Positions 7,937-16,762 of a stretch of DNA of 47,578 nt are shown here, piece by piece. Under the pieces are notes generated by a model that had not been told where the DNA came from, made no database searches, and saw nothing but the letters and a program-made list of their open reading frames with translations. Numbering within the stretch: position 1 is the first letter of the stretch; each line of letters opens with the position of its first letter. Location of the stretch: the IMG/VR virus record IMGVR_UViG_3300037311_000476, positions 1 through 47,578 of that record. One strand, given 5' to 3'. The position numbers and the translations under genes were made by a program. The stretch comes from a virus. Its lineage: Duplodnaviria; Caudoviricetes.

Positions 7937-8794
7937 ATGGCCTTTCGTATCATTACCGCCGACGAACGCCTCTCGGCTGCCGAGAACAAGACCTCGCTCG
8001 CCATCTTCGGCCCACCGGGCGTGGGCAAGACCACGCTTCTGAAGTCCCTGCCTGCCGAGGAAACCGTCTGCCTCGACCTCGAGGCAGGGATGAAATCCGT
8101 ACAGGACTGGCGCGGGGCGTCGATCCCGGTGCGCAGCTTCACCGATTTCCGCGACCTTGCGGTGCTGATCGGTGGGCCGGACCCGGCGCAGCACCCGCAG
8201 TCCTGGTACGGCACCGAACGGCATGCCTGGCTGCAGGCCCAGCACCGCGACAGTGGCATCGAGGCCTTCCTTGCCGCGCGCCGCATCGTCTTCGTCGACT
8301 CGATCACCGATCTGACGCGGCAGGCAATGGCCTATGCCCGCCAGCAGCCTGAGGCCTTCTCGGACCGGACCGGCAAGCCGGATGTCCGAGGCGCCTATGG
8401 TCTTCTGGGGCGTGAGGTCATTCAGGCGCTGAAGCACCTCCAGCATGCGCGCGGCAAGACCGTGATCTTCGTCGGCGTGCTGGAAAAGGTGACCGACGAC
8501 TTTGGCACAGTCACCTGGCAACCGCAGATGGAAGGCAGCAAGGCCGGGAGGGAGTTGCCGGGAATCGTGGACCAGGTGGTGTCGATGCACCTCTTCGCCC
8601 GCGATGCCGAGGGTGGCTGGGTGCTGGACGAGACCGCCACCGACCGCCGCCTCGTCTGCAAGTCGGGCAACCCGTGGGGCCTTCCCGCCAAGGATCGTTC
8701 CGGACGCCTGGACCTGACCGAACCGCCGGACCTTGGCGCGCTGCTCGCCCGGATCGACGGCCGCGCCCCTCATCAACCCGCTTTCGCCTCCTGA
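7937..8794 (+). CDS. AAA_24 / Sak4-like ATPase (ssDNA annealing)
   Basis: Walker A GPPGVGKT, Walker B IVFVDSIT and C-terminal AKDRSGRL. Confidence 0.85.
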   Translation: MAFRIITADERLSAAENKTSLAIFGPPGVGKTTLLKSLPAEETVCLDLEAGMKSVQDWRGASIPVRSFTDFRDLAVLIGGPDPAQHPQSWYGTERHAWLQAQHRDSGIEAFLAARRIVFVDSITDLTRQAMAYARQQPEAFSDRTGKPDVRGAYGLLGREVIQALKHLQHARGKTVIFVGVLEKVTDDFGTVTWQPQMEGSKAGRELPGIVDQVVSMHLFARDAEGGWVLDETATDRRLVCKSGNPWGLPAKDRSGRLDLTEPPDLGALLARIDGRAPHQPAFAS

Positions 8795-8813
8795 TCCTGA
8801 AAGGAAACATGCC

Positions 8814-9599
8814 ATGAGCTACGATCTGAACGACGCCCAGCCGCAGATGGCCCCCATCGGCGAACTGATCCCCGACGGCACCTTCGCCAAGGTGCGGCTG
8901 ACCATCCGCCCCGGTGGTGTGAACGGCGCGACCCCGGCGGATGCGGGGCTTCTGAAGGCCTCGCAATCGAGCGATGCCCGCATGCTCGACTGCGAATTCA
9001 CTGTGGTCGACGGCCCGCATGCCCGCCGCAAGTTCTGGCAGAGCTTCACCGTGGCGGGCGGCAAGCTGGACGAGAAGGGCCAGTCCATCGGCTGGAAGAT
9101 CTCGAAATCCACCTTTCGCGCCATCGTGGACAGCGCCCTTGGCCTTGATCCCAGAGACGAAAGCCCCGCCGCCAAGGCCAAGCGGGTTCTGCCCGGCCTG
9201 CGGCATCTCGAGGGCATCGTCTTCGCCGCCCGCATCATGGTGGAGCCCGCCTCCAACCCGCAGTACCGCGACCAGAACCGCATCGCCAACGTCGTTCTGC
9301 CCGACGAGCCGCAGCATACAGCCATCATGCGCGGCGAGACCGTGCCCCCGGAGCCCGTCAATGCCCCGCCGCGCAAGGCCGCGAGCGTCGCGGCACCTGG
9401 CTGGCAGGCCCCGGCACCGGCCTGGGGGGCGGCGCAACCGTCGCCTGCAGCGCCGAACTGGGGCGCGACACCGCAGCCCGCCGCGGCACCGGCGCCCGCC
9501 TGGGGGACGCAGAACGCCCCGGCCGCTCCGCCCGCGCCGCAGGCCCCCGCACCCGCCGCGCCGGGCACCCCCGCCATGCCCGCCTGGCTCAATGGCTGA
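8814..9599 (+). CDS. Putative phage ssDNA-binding protein (DUF669-like) with Pro/Ala-rich tail
   Basis: AAGGA RBS; LIPDGT...LDCEFTVVDGPHARRKFW pattern; adjacent to the Sak4-like gene. Confidence 0.7.
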   Translation: MSYDLNDAQPQMAPIGELIPDGTFAKVRLTIRPGGVNGATPADAGLLKASQSSDARMLDCEFTVVDGPHARRKFWQSFTVAGGKLDEKGQSIGWKISKSTFRAIVDSALGLDPRDESPAAKAKRVLPGLRHLEGIVFAARIMVEPASNPQYRDQNRIANVVLPDEPQHTAIMRGETVPPEPVNAPPRKAASVAAPGWQAPAPAWGAAQPSPAAPNWGATPQPAAAPAPAWGTQNAPAAPPAPQAPAPAAPGTPAMPAWLNG

Positions 9600-10281
9600 G
9601 GCGCAGCGGAAACGGCGGTCGGGTGGCTCCGAAGCGTCACCCGACCGCCGAGCCCGATGGGGCTGGGTCGGGCGATCGGCCCATGACCCCGGACGAATGG
9701 CAGGCGCATGTGACGCGCGCCGCCGCGCTGGAGATCGGAACATGGCTCGAGGCACGAGGAAGACTGCACCAACCCATCGCAAGCCTTACCCTCGGCGACC
9801 TCGAGGCCATGGCGGTGAACGCCATCTCGCGCTGGATCGTGATGCAGTCGGAACGGCTGCACCGGCAGGATTGGCCACGGGACGACCCGATCGCGACGCT
9901 CTTGCTCGGGTAGCGCTCTGCGCCGTCTGCGCCCGGGAGGCCCGCGGCTTCGGCTACGTCCACCGGCTCCAGCACGGCAGATTCCCATACCACCGCTTCT
10001 GCTCGCTCCGCTGTCAGGACGTGGGCAGCGCAATCGCTCAAAGGAACAATGGCATGATCGACAAGACTGCCCGCGAGGCACAGGCCATTCGCGATGCCCG
10101 GGTGCTGTTCGCCGAAGCGCTGACCGACCTTGGCCTGATGGCGCCCTTCTTCAACCGCTCCGCCGCCGACATCGACAGGCTGATCGAGGCGGCCGTCACC
10201 GGCTACGTCGACAGCATGCTGGCACAAGGTGCGCGCAAGGAGCGGACCGGCACTGCCCTTGACGATCCGATTCCGTTCTGA
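9592..10281 (+). CDS. DUF6511-like protein with zinc finger and SSB-like C-terminal DDPIPF; start uncertain
   Basis: CAVC...FCSLRC from about 9918; possible starts at 9592 (overlapping the upstream stop), 9742, or 10054 (AAGGA RBS, MIDKT). Confidence 0.6.
   Translation: MAEAQRKRRSGGSEASPDRRARWGWVGRSAHDPGRMAGACDARRRAGDRNMARGTRKTAPTHRKPYPRRPRGHGGERHLALDRDAVGTAAPAGLATGRPDRDALARVALCAVCAREARGFGYVHRLQHGRFPYHRFCSLRCQDVGSAIAQRNNGMIDKTAREAQAIRDARVLFAEALTDLGLMAPFFNRSAADIDRLIEAAVTGYVDSMLAQGARKERTGTALDDPIPF
9683..9913 (+). CDS. Hypothetical protein MTPDEWQ... (alternative GTG start at 9623)
   Basis: Helical, protein-like composition; nested inside a longer open frame. Confidence 0.6.
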   Translation: MTPDEWQAHVTRAAALEIGTWLEARGRLHQPIASLTLGDLEAMAVNAISRWIVMQSERLHRQDWPRDDPIATLLLG

Positions 10282-10291
10282 GGGGGCCGTC

Positions 10292-10501
10292 ATGATCGAT
10301 CTGAACAATGAGGACGCCCCCTGGGCCGACCTTCTCGCCGCCGCGACGGCGAATGCCATCACCGACTTCGAGGTCGAGTTCTGCGAAAGCCTGCGTCAGA
10401 AGCTGGAGAAATTCGGCGCGCGTGCCCGGCTGTCGGAAGCCCAGCATCACAAGCTGACCTGCATCGCGCAGGCAGGCGGCTTCTGGGAGCGCGACCAATG
10501 A
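10292..10501 (+). CDS. Small hypothetical protein (MIDLNN...)
   Basis: AGGGGG RBS; ATGA overlap with the next gene. Confidence 0.75.
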   Translation: MIDLNNEDAPWADLLAAATANAITDFEVEFCESLRQKLEKFGARARLSEAQHHKLTCIAQAGGFWERDQ

Positions 10502-11298
10502 TCGACCTGAACCACGGCTCCGGCTGCAACTATGGTCAGGCTGCGCCGCGTCCGCCGATCGCCGCCGCAGTCTCGTCCGCCATCGATGCCGCCCTGACGG
10601 CGCGCAATCGCGCCGAGCGCCCCCGCACCTATGTCAGCTCCTCGGGGCTGGGGCGCGACTGCCTGCGCCAGATCCAGTACGACTTTCTCGCGGTCCACAA
10701 GGACGAGGGCCAGGAGTTCGAACCGCGCATCCTGCGGATCTTCGAGGCTGGCCACCGGGCCGAGGACATCGTCGCGGGCTGGTTCCGGATCGCCGGGTTC
10801 GACCTGCGCACCGAACGCCCTGATGGTCGCCAGTTCGGCTTCGAGGCCATGGCGGGTCGGTTCAAGGGCCATATCGACGGCTGCTTCGTCTCGGGTCCCG
10901 TCGCGATGGACTATCCCGCGCTTTGGGAGAACAAGGCGCTCGGGGCCTCCAGCTGGAAGGATGTGGTCAAACGCGGGGTCAGCATCGCGCGGCCTGTCTA
11001 TGCCGCCCAGATCGCTCTCTATCAGGCCTACATGGACCTGCCCAACCCGGCGCTTTTCACCGCGCTGAACCGCGACACGATGGAGTTGCACGCGGAACTC
11101 GTCCCGTTCGATGCCCGTCTTGCGCAGGAGATGTCGGATCGCGCCGTCACGGTCGTGCAGGCCTCGGCGGCGGGCGAATGGCTGCCCCGGATGGCCACCG
11201 AGCCGACGGCGGTCGTCTGCCGGGGCGGCATGGCCGGTGGCAAGTGGCACGCGCCCTGTGCATGGGCGGAGCGGTGCTGGAGGGGCGGCTGTGTCTGA
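10498..11298 (+). CDS. Cas4-like PD-(D/E)XK exonuclease
   Basis: SSSGLGRDCLRQ, GHRAE, GHIDG, WENKA, QIALYQ and C-terminal cysteines (likely Fe-S ligands). Confidence 0.82.
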   Translation: MIDLNHGSGCNYGQAAPRPPIAAAVSSAIDAALTARNRAERPRTYVSSSGLGRDCLRQIQYDFLAVHKDEGQEFEPRILRIFEAGHRAEDIVAGWFRIAGFDLRTERPDGRQFGFEAMAGRFKGHIDGCFVSGPVAMDYPALWENKALGASSWKDVVKRGVSIARPVYAAQIALYQAYMDLPNPALFTALNRDTMELHAELVPFDARLAQEMSDRAVTVVQASAAGEWLPRMATEPTAVVCRGGMAGGKWHAPCAWAERCWRGGCV

Positions 11299-12610
11299 CT
11301 TCATCCCCTCGGCCGCGCAGGCCGCCGCCATCGCCGAAGTCCGCTACTGGTTCGAGAACCGCACCGATGAGCAGCAGGTGTTCCGGCTTTTCGGCTATGC
11401 CGGATCGGGCAAGAGCACGGTGCTGAAGTTCGCCCTCGACGACCTCGGTCTTTCCCCCCACCGCAGCGCCAGGGACGGCACCTGCGTGCCGGGTGTCGTC
11501 ACCGCGACCTTCACGGGCAAGGCCGCACTGGTCCTGAGCCGCAAGGGCACGCCCGCCCGCACCATCCACAGCCTGATCTATTCGGTGATGGAGGCAACCG
11601 AGGAGGAAATCGCCGCCGCAGCCGCCAAGGTTCAGGAGGCCGAGACCGCCGCGCGCAAGCTGACCGGTTTCGACAGGACCGCAGCCGAGGCAGGGATCGA
11701 GGCGATGCGCCAGGCGCTGTCCGCTATGAAGCATCCGCGCTTCGCCCTGAACCCGCAGAGCGATGCCGCGGATGCGCGGCTGATCGTGCTGGACGAGGTG
11801 TCGATGGTGGGCGAGGAGATGGCCCGCGACCTGATGAGCCTCCGTAAGCCGATCCTGGTGCTGGGCGATCCAGGCCAGTTGCCACCGATCAAGGGCGAAG
11901 GGGCCTTCACCCGGGACGCCCCCGACGTGATGCTGACTGAGATCCACCGACAGGCGGCCGAGAGCGCCATCATCCGTCTCGCCACCATGGCGCGGATGGG
12001 GGAGCCCATCGGGTTCGGGATTTACGACGCCCATGTCGCCAAGCTGCGCAAGGGCGACATCACGCCGGATCAGGCGCTGCGCGGCGGGCAGTTGATCTGC
12101 GGCCTGAACGCGACGCGCTTCCAGCTGAACAACGCGATGCGTGCTGCGGCCGGACTGGGCGGGACGTATCTGCCCACCGGGACGGCGGAGAAGATCATCT
12201 GCCTGAAGAACGACAATGCGCTCGGTCTGATCAACGGCATGTTCCTGACCCTCGAGGATATCGTCGACGAGGGCAGCCTCTACTTCTCGGCCGTGGTGCA
12301 TGACGAGGACGGACGACGTGTGACGCCATTAGACAGCGACGGCCATCCGGGCCGGTTGCGCATCTACAAGGGGCATTTCGAGGATCACGTCGCCTATGAC
12401 GCCAAGCGTCATGACCGCGACTGGCGGGAGAAGCGCAAGCTGACCGAGGCGACCTTCGGCTGGGCGATCACCGCCCACAAGGCGCAAGGGTCGCAATGGG
12501 AGAACGTGATCGTCTGGGACGACGGGCTCGGGCGCAGCGAGATCGATCGCCGCCGCTGGCTCTATACCGCCATAACCCGCGCCGAGCGCGGCCTCGTTCT
12601 CCTTGCGTGA
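11291..12610 (+). CDS. RecD/Dda-like SF1B DNA helicase
   Basis: GYAGSGKS, TIHSLIY, LDEVSMV, GDPGQLPP, TAHKAQGSQW and YTAITRA; GTG start at 11291. Confidence 0.92.
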   Translation: MSDFIPSAAQAAAIAEVRYWFENRTDEQQVFRLFGYAGSGKSTVLKFALDDLGLSPHRSARDGTCVPGVVTATFTGKAALVLSRKGTPARTIHSLIYSVMEATEEEIAAAAAKVQEAETAARKLTGFDRTAAEAGIEAMRQALSAMKHPRFALNPQSDAADARLIVLDEVSMVGEEMARDLMSLRKPILVLGDPGQLPPIKGEGAFTRDAPDVMLTEIHRQAAESAIIRLATMARMGEPIGFGIYDAHVAKLRKGDITPDQALRGGQLICGLNATRFQLNNAMRAAAGLGGTYLPTGTAEKIICLKNDNALGLINGMFLTLEDIVDEGSLYFSAVVHDEDGRRVTPLDSDGHPGRLRIYKGHFEDHVAYDAKRHDRDWREKRKLTEATFGWAITAHKAQGSQWENVIVWDDGLGRSEIDRRRWLYTAITRAERGLVLLA

Positions 12611-12619
12611 GGGGGCGCG

Positions 12620-15175
12620 ATGATCGATCTCAACGATGTCGCCACGCCGAAGGCACGCCACGACCTTGCGGCGGTGAAGGATCGGCTGGCGGCGACCGCA
12701 GGCGACTGGCTCCCTGGCATCTTTCCGGAGGCGCGGCTTGCGCGCGACCGTCGCTCCTTGCGCTGTGCCGACCTGTCCGGCCGCGCGCCGCGCAAGGAAG
12801 GGTCGTGCACCATCCACCTTGACGGGCCCTATGCAGGCTGGGGCTTCGACTATGCGACCGGCGAAAGCGCCGGGCCCATCGATCTGATCGCGCAGGCGAC
12901 GGGGCTCAGCGACAGCGCGCTTTTCGACGAAGCGGCCCGGATTGCCGGGATGGATCATCCTGTGCCCCGATCCGCGCCGCGCCCGAAGCCCGACCATTCG
13001 ACTGAGGTTGCGCGTCTGGTCGATGGCGCCCAGGCGCTCGCTGGAACTGTCGGCGAAGCCTACCTGCAAGCGCGGGGCCTCGGTGATCCGGATTGCCCGG
13101 ATCTGCTCTTCCACCCCGACCTGCCGGATTTCGACACACGGCGCGGGTGGCCAGGGCTGATCGCGCTGCCGCGCGTCGTAACAGGCGAACGTGCCCCCGG
13201 CATCCATCGGACATTCCTGCTCGACGATGGCAGCGCCAAGGGCCCGGCTGGAAAGAAGATGCTGGGCTCGGTGGCCGATGCGGCTGTGCGCCTGTTCGTC
13301 ATGCCTGAGGACGGCCACCTCGGAATTGCCGAAGGCATCGAGACCGCGCTGGCGGCGCATGCCTTGTTCGGCACTGCCGTCTGGGCGGCGCTGTCCGCGG
13401 ATGGCCTCGCGCGCTTTCGCTGGCCCGAGGGCACGACGCGGGTCACGATCTACGCCGATGCTGGCGATGCCGGACGCCAGGCGGCCGCCACGCTCTCGGA
13501 CCGGCTGAACCGGGCCGACATTCCGAATGAAATCGTGTTCCCGCTGCATGGCGACGACTTCAACGATGATCTGATGCGTGGGGCGCGCGCCGCCGACTAC
13601 GGCCCGCGACAGGAGCTTCCGGCCGAAGCCCTGCCTGCCGAGACGGATCGCTTGCCGCCTGCGGGCGACATCATCGCTGACCTGGTGGCGGCCGCCAATG
13701 CGTTGACCAACCCGCCCGATATCTCTGCCCTTGGCGAGCTTCTGGGCCGCCTTGCCCTCGCGCGGCTGGACCCGTTGCCCGCGCGCCAGATCCTCGCCCG
13801 CATCAAGACCACGACCGGCATCGCCATGTCGATCCTCGACAAGCAGCTGATCGAACTGGTGAAGCGCGTGAACGTCTCGGGCGATCCCCATGCACGGATC
13901 GCCAAACCTGCCTGGTACAACCGCCTGCGGCAGGATCTGGCGGGAACGCCCGAGCGCAACGAGGCCAATGTCATCATCGCACTGACATCCGACATCGCCT
14001 TCGCGGGCGTGCTGGCCTTCGACGACTTCTCCCAGGAGATCGTCGTGCGCCAACCGCTGCCATGGGATGCCGCGACCGGCCCGTTTCCGCGCCCCTGGGA
14101 GGATGCGGACGATGTCCGGACCGCGGAATGGCTGCAGCTGCGCGGGGTCAATGTCGCGCCGCTCGTGGTCGGCCGTGCCGTCGGCGCCGTTGCCCGCGAA
14201 CACCGTATCCATCCTGTCCGCGACTGGCTGGAACACCTCCGCTGGGACGGCACGCCCCGGATCGAGACCTGGACCAGCACCTATCTTGGCGCCGCACCGA
14301 CCGCGTTCCATCATACCGTCGGTACGCTCTGGCTCATTTCGGCCGTAGCCCGCATTTTCCGCCCCGGAGTGAAGGTCGATCACATGCTGATCCTCGAAGG
14401 CCCGCAGGGCGTGCGCAAATCGACAGCCATCAAGGTGCTGGCGGGTGAAGCCTGGTTCACTGACGAACTGCCCGAGCTTGGGTCCAAGGATGCCGCCATC
14501 CACATGCAGGGCGTCTGGATCGTGGAAATCGCCGAACTCGACGCCATTGGCCGCGCTGAGGTCTCTCGCATCAAGGCCTTCCTGACCCGTACCACCGACC
14601 GCTTCCGTCCGCCATACGGCCGCTACACGGTCGAGGTGCCGCGCCAATGCGTCTTCGCGGGCACCGTGAACCCCGACACCTATCTGCGCGATGAAACCGG
14701 CAACCGCCGCTTCTGGCCTCTACGCTGCGGCAACATCGACATCGCGGCTCTGGCCCGCGACCGGGACCAGATCTGGGCCGAAGCAGTCCATCGCTTCCGC
14801 GAAGGCGCGATCTGGTGGATCGACGATCCGGCAATCCTTGCCGAGGCCGCCACCGCGCAGGAGGCGCGCTATCAGGCGGATGCCTGGGACGCCCGTATCG
14901 ACCGCTGGCTGACGCACGACACCCGCACCGTCAATCGCGGCCATGCGGGCTATGAGGATTGGCAGGATGAAGAGGTCGAACGTCCCGAGCCGATCCGTGA
15001 TGTGTCGGTGGGCGAGATCCTTGAAGGTGCGCTCGGCATCGAGCCCGCGAAATGGACAAAAGGCGATCAGATGCGCGTGGGCGCTTGGCTGAAGTCGCGG
15101 GACTGGGAGCGGTACCGCAGCGGCGCGGGCGCGACCCGCGAATGGCGCTACCGCAAGCCGCAGGGCGGCGGCTGA
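12620..15175 (+). CDS. Primase-helicase: TOPRIM domain fused to VapE (virulence-associated E) SF3-like ATPase
   Basis: TOPRIM IAEGIETAL and IYADAGDAG; VapE-type EGPQGVRKST, EIAELD, FRPPYGR and DETGNRRFWP. Confidence 0.9.
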   Translation: MIDLNDVATPKARHDLAAVKDRLAATAGDWLPGIFPEARLARDRRSLRCADLSGRAPRKEGSCTIHLDGPYAGWGFDYATGESAGPIDLIAQATGLSDSALFDEAARIAGMDHPVPRSAPRPKPDHSTEVARLVDGAQALAGTVGEAYLQARGLGDPDCPDLLFHPDLPDFDTRRGWPGLIALPRVVTGERAPGIHRTFLLDDGSAKGPAGKKMLGSVADAAVRLFVMPEDGHLGIAEGIETALAAHALFGTAVWAALSADGLARFRWPEGTTRVTIYADAGDAGRQAAATLSDRLNRADIPNEIVFPLHGDDFNDDLMRGARAADYGPRQELPAEALPAETDRLPPAGDIIADLVAAANALTNPPDISALGELLGRLALARLDPLPARQILARIKTTTGIAMSILDKQLIELVKRVNVSGDPHARIAKPAWYNRLRQDLAGTPERNEANVIIALTSDIAFAGVLAFDDFSQEIVVRQPLPWDAATGPFPRPWEDADDVRTAEWLQLRGVNVAPLVVGRAVGAVAREHRIHPVRDWLEHLRWDGTPRIETWTSTYLGAAPTAFHHTVGTLWLISAVARIFRPGVKVDHMLILEGPQGVRKSTAIKVLAGEAWFTDELPELGSKDAAIHMQGVWIVEIAELDAIGRAEVSRIKAFLTRTTDRFRPPYGRYTVEVPRQCVFAGTVNPDTYLRDETGNRRFWPLRCGNIDIAALARDRDQIWAEAVHRFREGAIWWIDDPAILAEAATAQEARYQADAWDARIDRWLTHDTRTVNRGHAGYEDWQDEEVERPEPIRDVSVGEILEGALGIEPAKWTKGDQMRVGAWLKSRDWERYRSGAGATREWRYRKPQGGG

Positions 15176-15202
15176 CGGTAGCAACTCATGTCCGGCATCG
15201 AG

Positions 15203-15227
15203 AGGGCACCCGTTCGGGTGCCCTTTT
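15203..15227 (+). terminator. Intrinsic terminator after the primase-helicase gene
   Basis: AGGGCACCC-GTTC-GGGTGCCCT followed by TTT. Confidence 0.75.
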
Positions 15228-15236
15228 GCGTTCTGG

Positions 15237-15513
15237 CCATGTCCCACTTCGCGGCCTGTCCCACTTCACGCTCAAGGTGGGACAGAAAAAACCGTTCAAG
15301 ATCAATGCTGTCCCACCTGTCCCACTTGGGCCGCCAACTTCTCCCTTTCCTGTGCGGAATGCATGTGTCCCTGCTGACTGCATTCCTTCTCATACGGCGT
15401 AGGGAAAAAGGTGGGACAAGTGGGACAGGTGGGACAAGCGTTGTTCTGAAAGGAAAATTTGACGTCCCACCTGAGAAGTGAAGTGGGACAGCCCGAGGCC
15501 AGGTGGGACATGG
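15237..15513. repeat. Large imperfect palindrome of GTGGGACA/TGTCCCAC iterons; probable replication origin
   Basis: TGTCCCAC at 15240, 15257, 15309 and 15318; GTGGGACA at 15277, 15411, 15420, 15429, 15483 and 15503; variant CGTCCCAC at 15463; mirror-symmetric about ~15373. Confidence 0.85.
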
Positions 15514-15608
15514 ATGCGGCCGGGCGCATTTTCCTTGATCGAGTGCCTGCAACGTGATTCCCTGCTCATGACCAAAGCCGAAGGCCCACGATCCAGTGAG
15601 CCTTCATC

Positions 15609-16130
15609 ATGACCCTGAACTCCGAAGTGCCGGACCAGCGCCCTGAACAGGGGCGCCTTGCTGTACCCTGCATCCTCGCTCTCGATCTCGGGACATCGAC
15701 CGGATGGGCGATCCGCGGTCATGACGCCCTGATCACCACCGGCACCGTCTCGCTGCGTCCCGGCCGCTTCGACGGAGGTGGAATGCGCTACCTGCGCTTC
15801 ACCAACTGGCTGACCGAGATCGACCGACTGTCCGGACCAGTCGCGGCTATCTGGTTCGAGGAGGTTCGTCGCCATGTCGGTACGGACGCTGCCCATGTGT
15901 ATGGCGGTCTGATGGCCACCCTCACGGCATGGGCCGAACTGCGCGGCATTCCTTATCAGGGCGTTCCGGTCGGCACGATCAAGCGCCATGCCACCGGGAA
16001 GGGAAATGCCGACAAGGAGGCGATGATCGCAGCCGCGCGGGCGCGCGGGTTCAGCCCCGCCGATGACAACGAGGCGGATGCCATCGCCATCCTGCACTGG
16101 GCCATCGAGACGAATGGGGGTGTCGCATGA
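15609..16130 (+). CDS. RuvC-like Holliday junction resolvase
   Basis: ILALDLGTSTGWA, IWFEEV, TIKRHATGKGNADKE and DNEADAIAI. Confidence 0.85.
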   Translation: MTLNSEVPDQRPEQGRLAVPCILALDLGTSTGWAIRGHDALITTGTVSLRPGRFDGGGMRYLRFTNWLTEIDRLSGPVAAIWFEEVRRHVGTDAAHVYGGLMATLTAWAELRGIPYQGVPVGTIKRHATGKGNADKEAMIAAARARGFSPADDNEADAIAILHWAIETNGGVA

Positions 16131-16327
16131 GGTGGCATCCGAGGGGCTATGGCGGCCAACGCCGGGATCCCGAGCAGGTCAAGCGGGAGGGATGGCAGGA
16201 ACAGGGGCTGCTGGCGATTTCGGCGGACGATCCGCGCCTCACCTGGCCCGAGCGCGAACTGGTGCGTCAGCTGGGCGAAAAGCTGTATGGGCTGCGCGTG
16301 GTCGAACGGGAGGGCGCGAATGGCTGA
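16127..16327 (+). CDS. Hypothetical protein (66 aa)
   Basis: ATGA overlap upstream; overlaps the next start. Confidence 0.7.
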   Translation: MRWHPRGYGGQRRDPEQVKREGWQEQGLLAISADDPRLTWPERELVRQLGEKLYGLRVVEREGANG

Positions 16328-16751
16328 CTGGACGCCCACCATGGTCGAGGACCGGCTCGAGCGTGCCGCCGACGTGTTCCGGTCGCTGCCTGATGTGAAG
16401 CCGCGGGGATATTTCAACGCGTGGCCCGAGTACTTCCACAGTTTTGCCGACCAGGTCGGTCAGGAGCCTCGTATGCGACGGCCGAAGCCAAGCCCGCGTG
16501 ACATCACGCAGGCCGAGGATACTCTCCTCTGGCTGCGCTGGCTCGACCCCGCCGACGCCCGCCTTCTCTGGCTGCGGGCGAACCGCAAACCATGGAAGCC
16601 GATCTGCTGGGAGCTGGGTATCAGCCGTGCCACCGCAAACCGGCGCTGGAAGTACGGGATTGCGGTCATCGTCTGGCGGCTGAACGGGAGGCGAATGCCG
16701 CAGAAGCGGTCGATGGATTTCGTGGTGGCGAAGATGGCGGCCAGAACGTGA
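16320..16751 (+). CDS. DUF6362-like HTH protein; candidate late-gene activator
   Basis: MADWTPTMVEDRL; sigma4-like HTH WKPICWELGISRATANRRW; last gene of the early operon. Confidence 0.75.
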   Translation: MADWTPTMVEDRLERAADVFRSLPDVKPRGYFNAWPEYFHSFADQVGQEPRMRRPKPSPRDITQAEDTLLWLRWLDPADARLLWLRANRKPWKPICWELGISRATANRRWKYGIAVIVWRLNGRRMPQKRSMDFVVAKMAART

Positions 16752-16762
16752 AGGGATTCGTG

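Noticed and set aside
10498-11298. Cas4 as evidence of a CRISPR-Cas system
   Set aside because: No other cas genes or array; stand-alone Cas4-like nucleases are common in phage replication modules.
15237-15513. Possible CRISPR array or MITE
   Set aside because: Repeats are 8 bp, in both orientations and irregularly spaced; no target-site duplication or transposase seen.
15148-15552. ORFs with LSHLSHL / VPPVPLVPP / GTSGTGGT repeats
   Set aside because: They are translations of the octamer iteron array; the DNA symmetry explains them.
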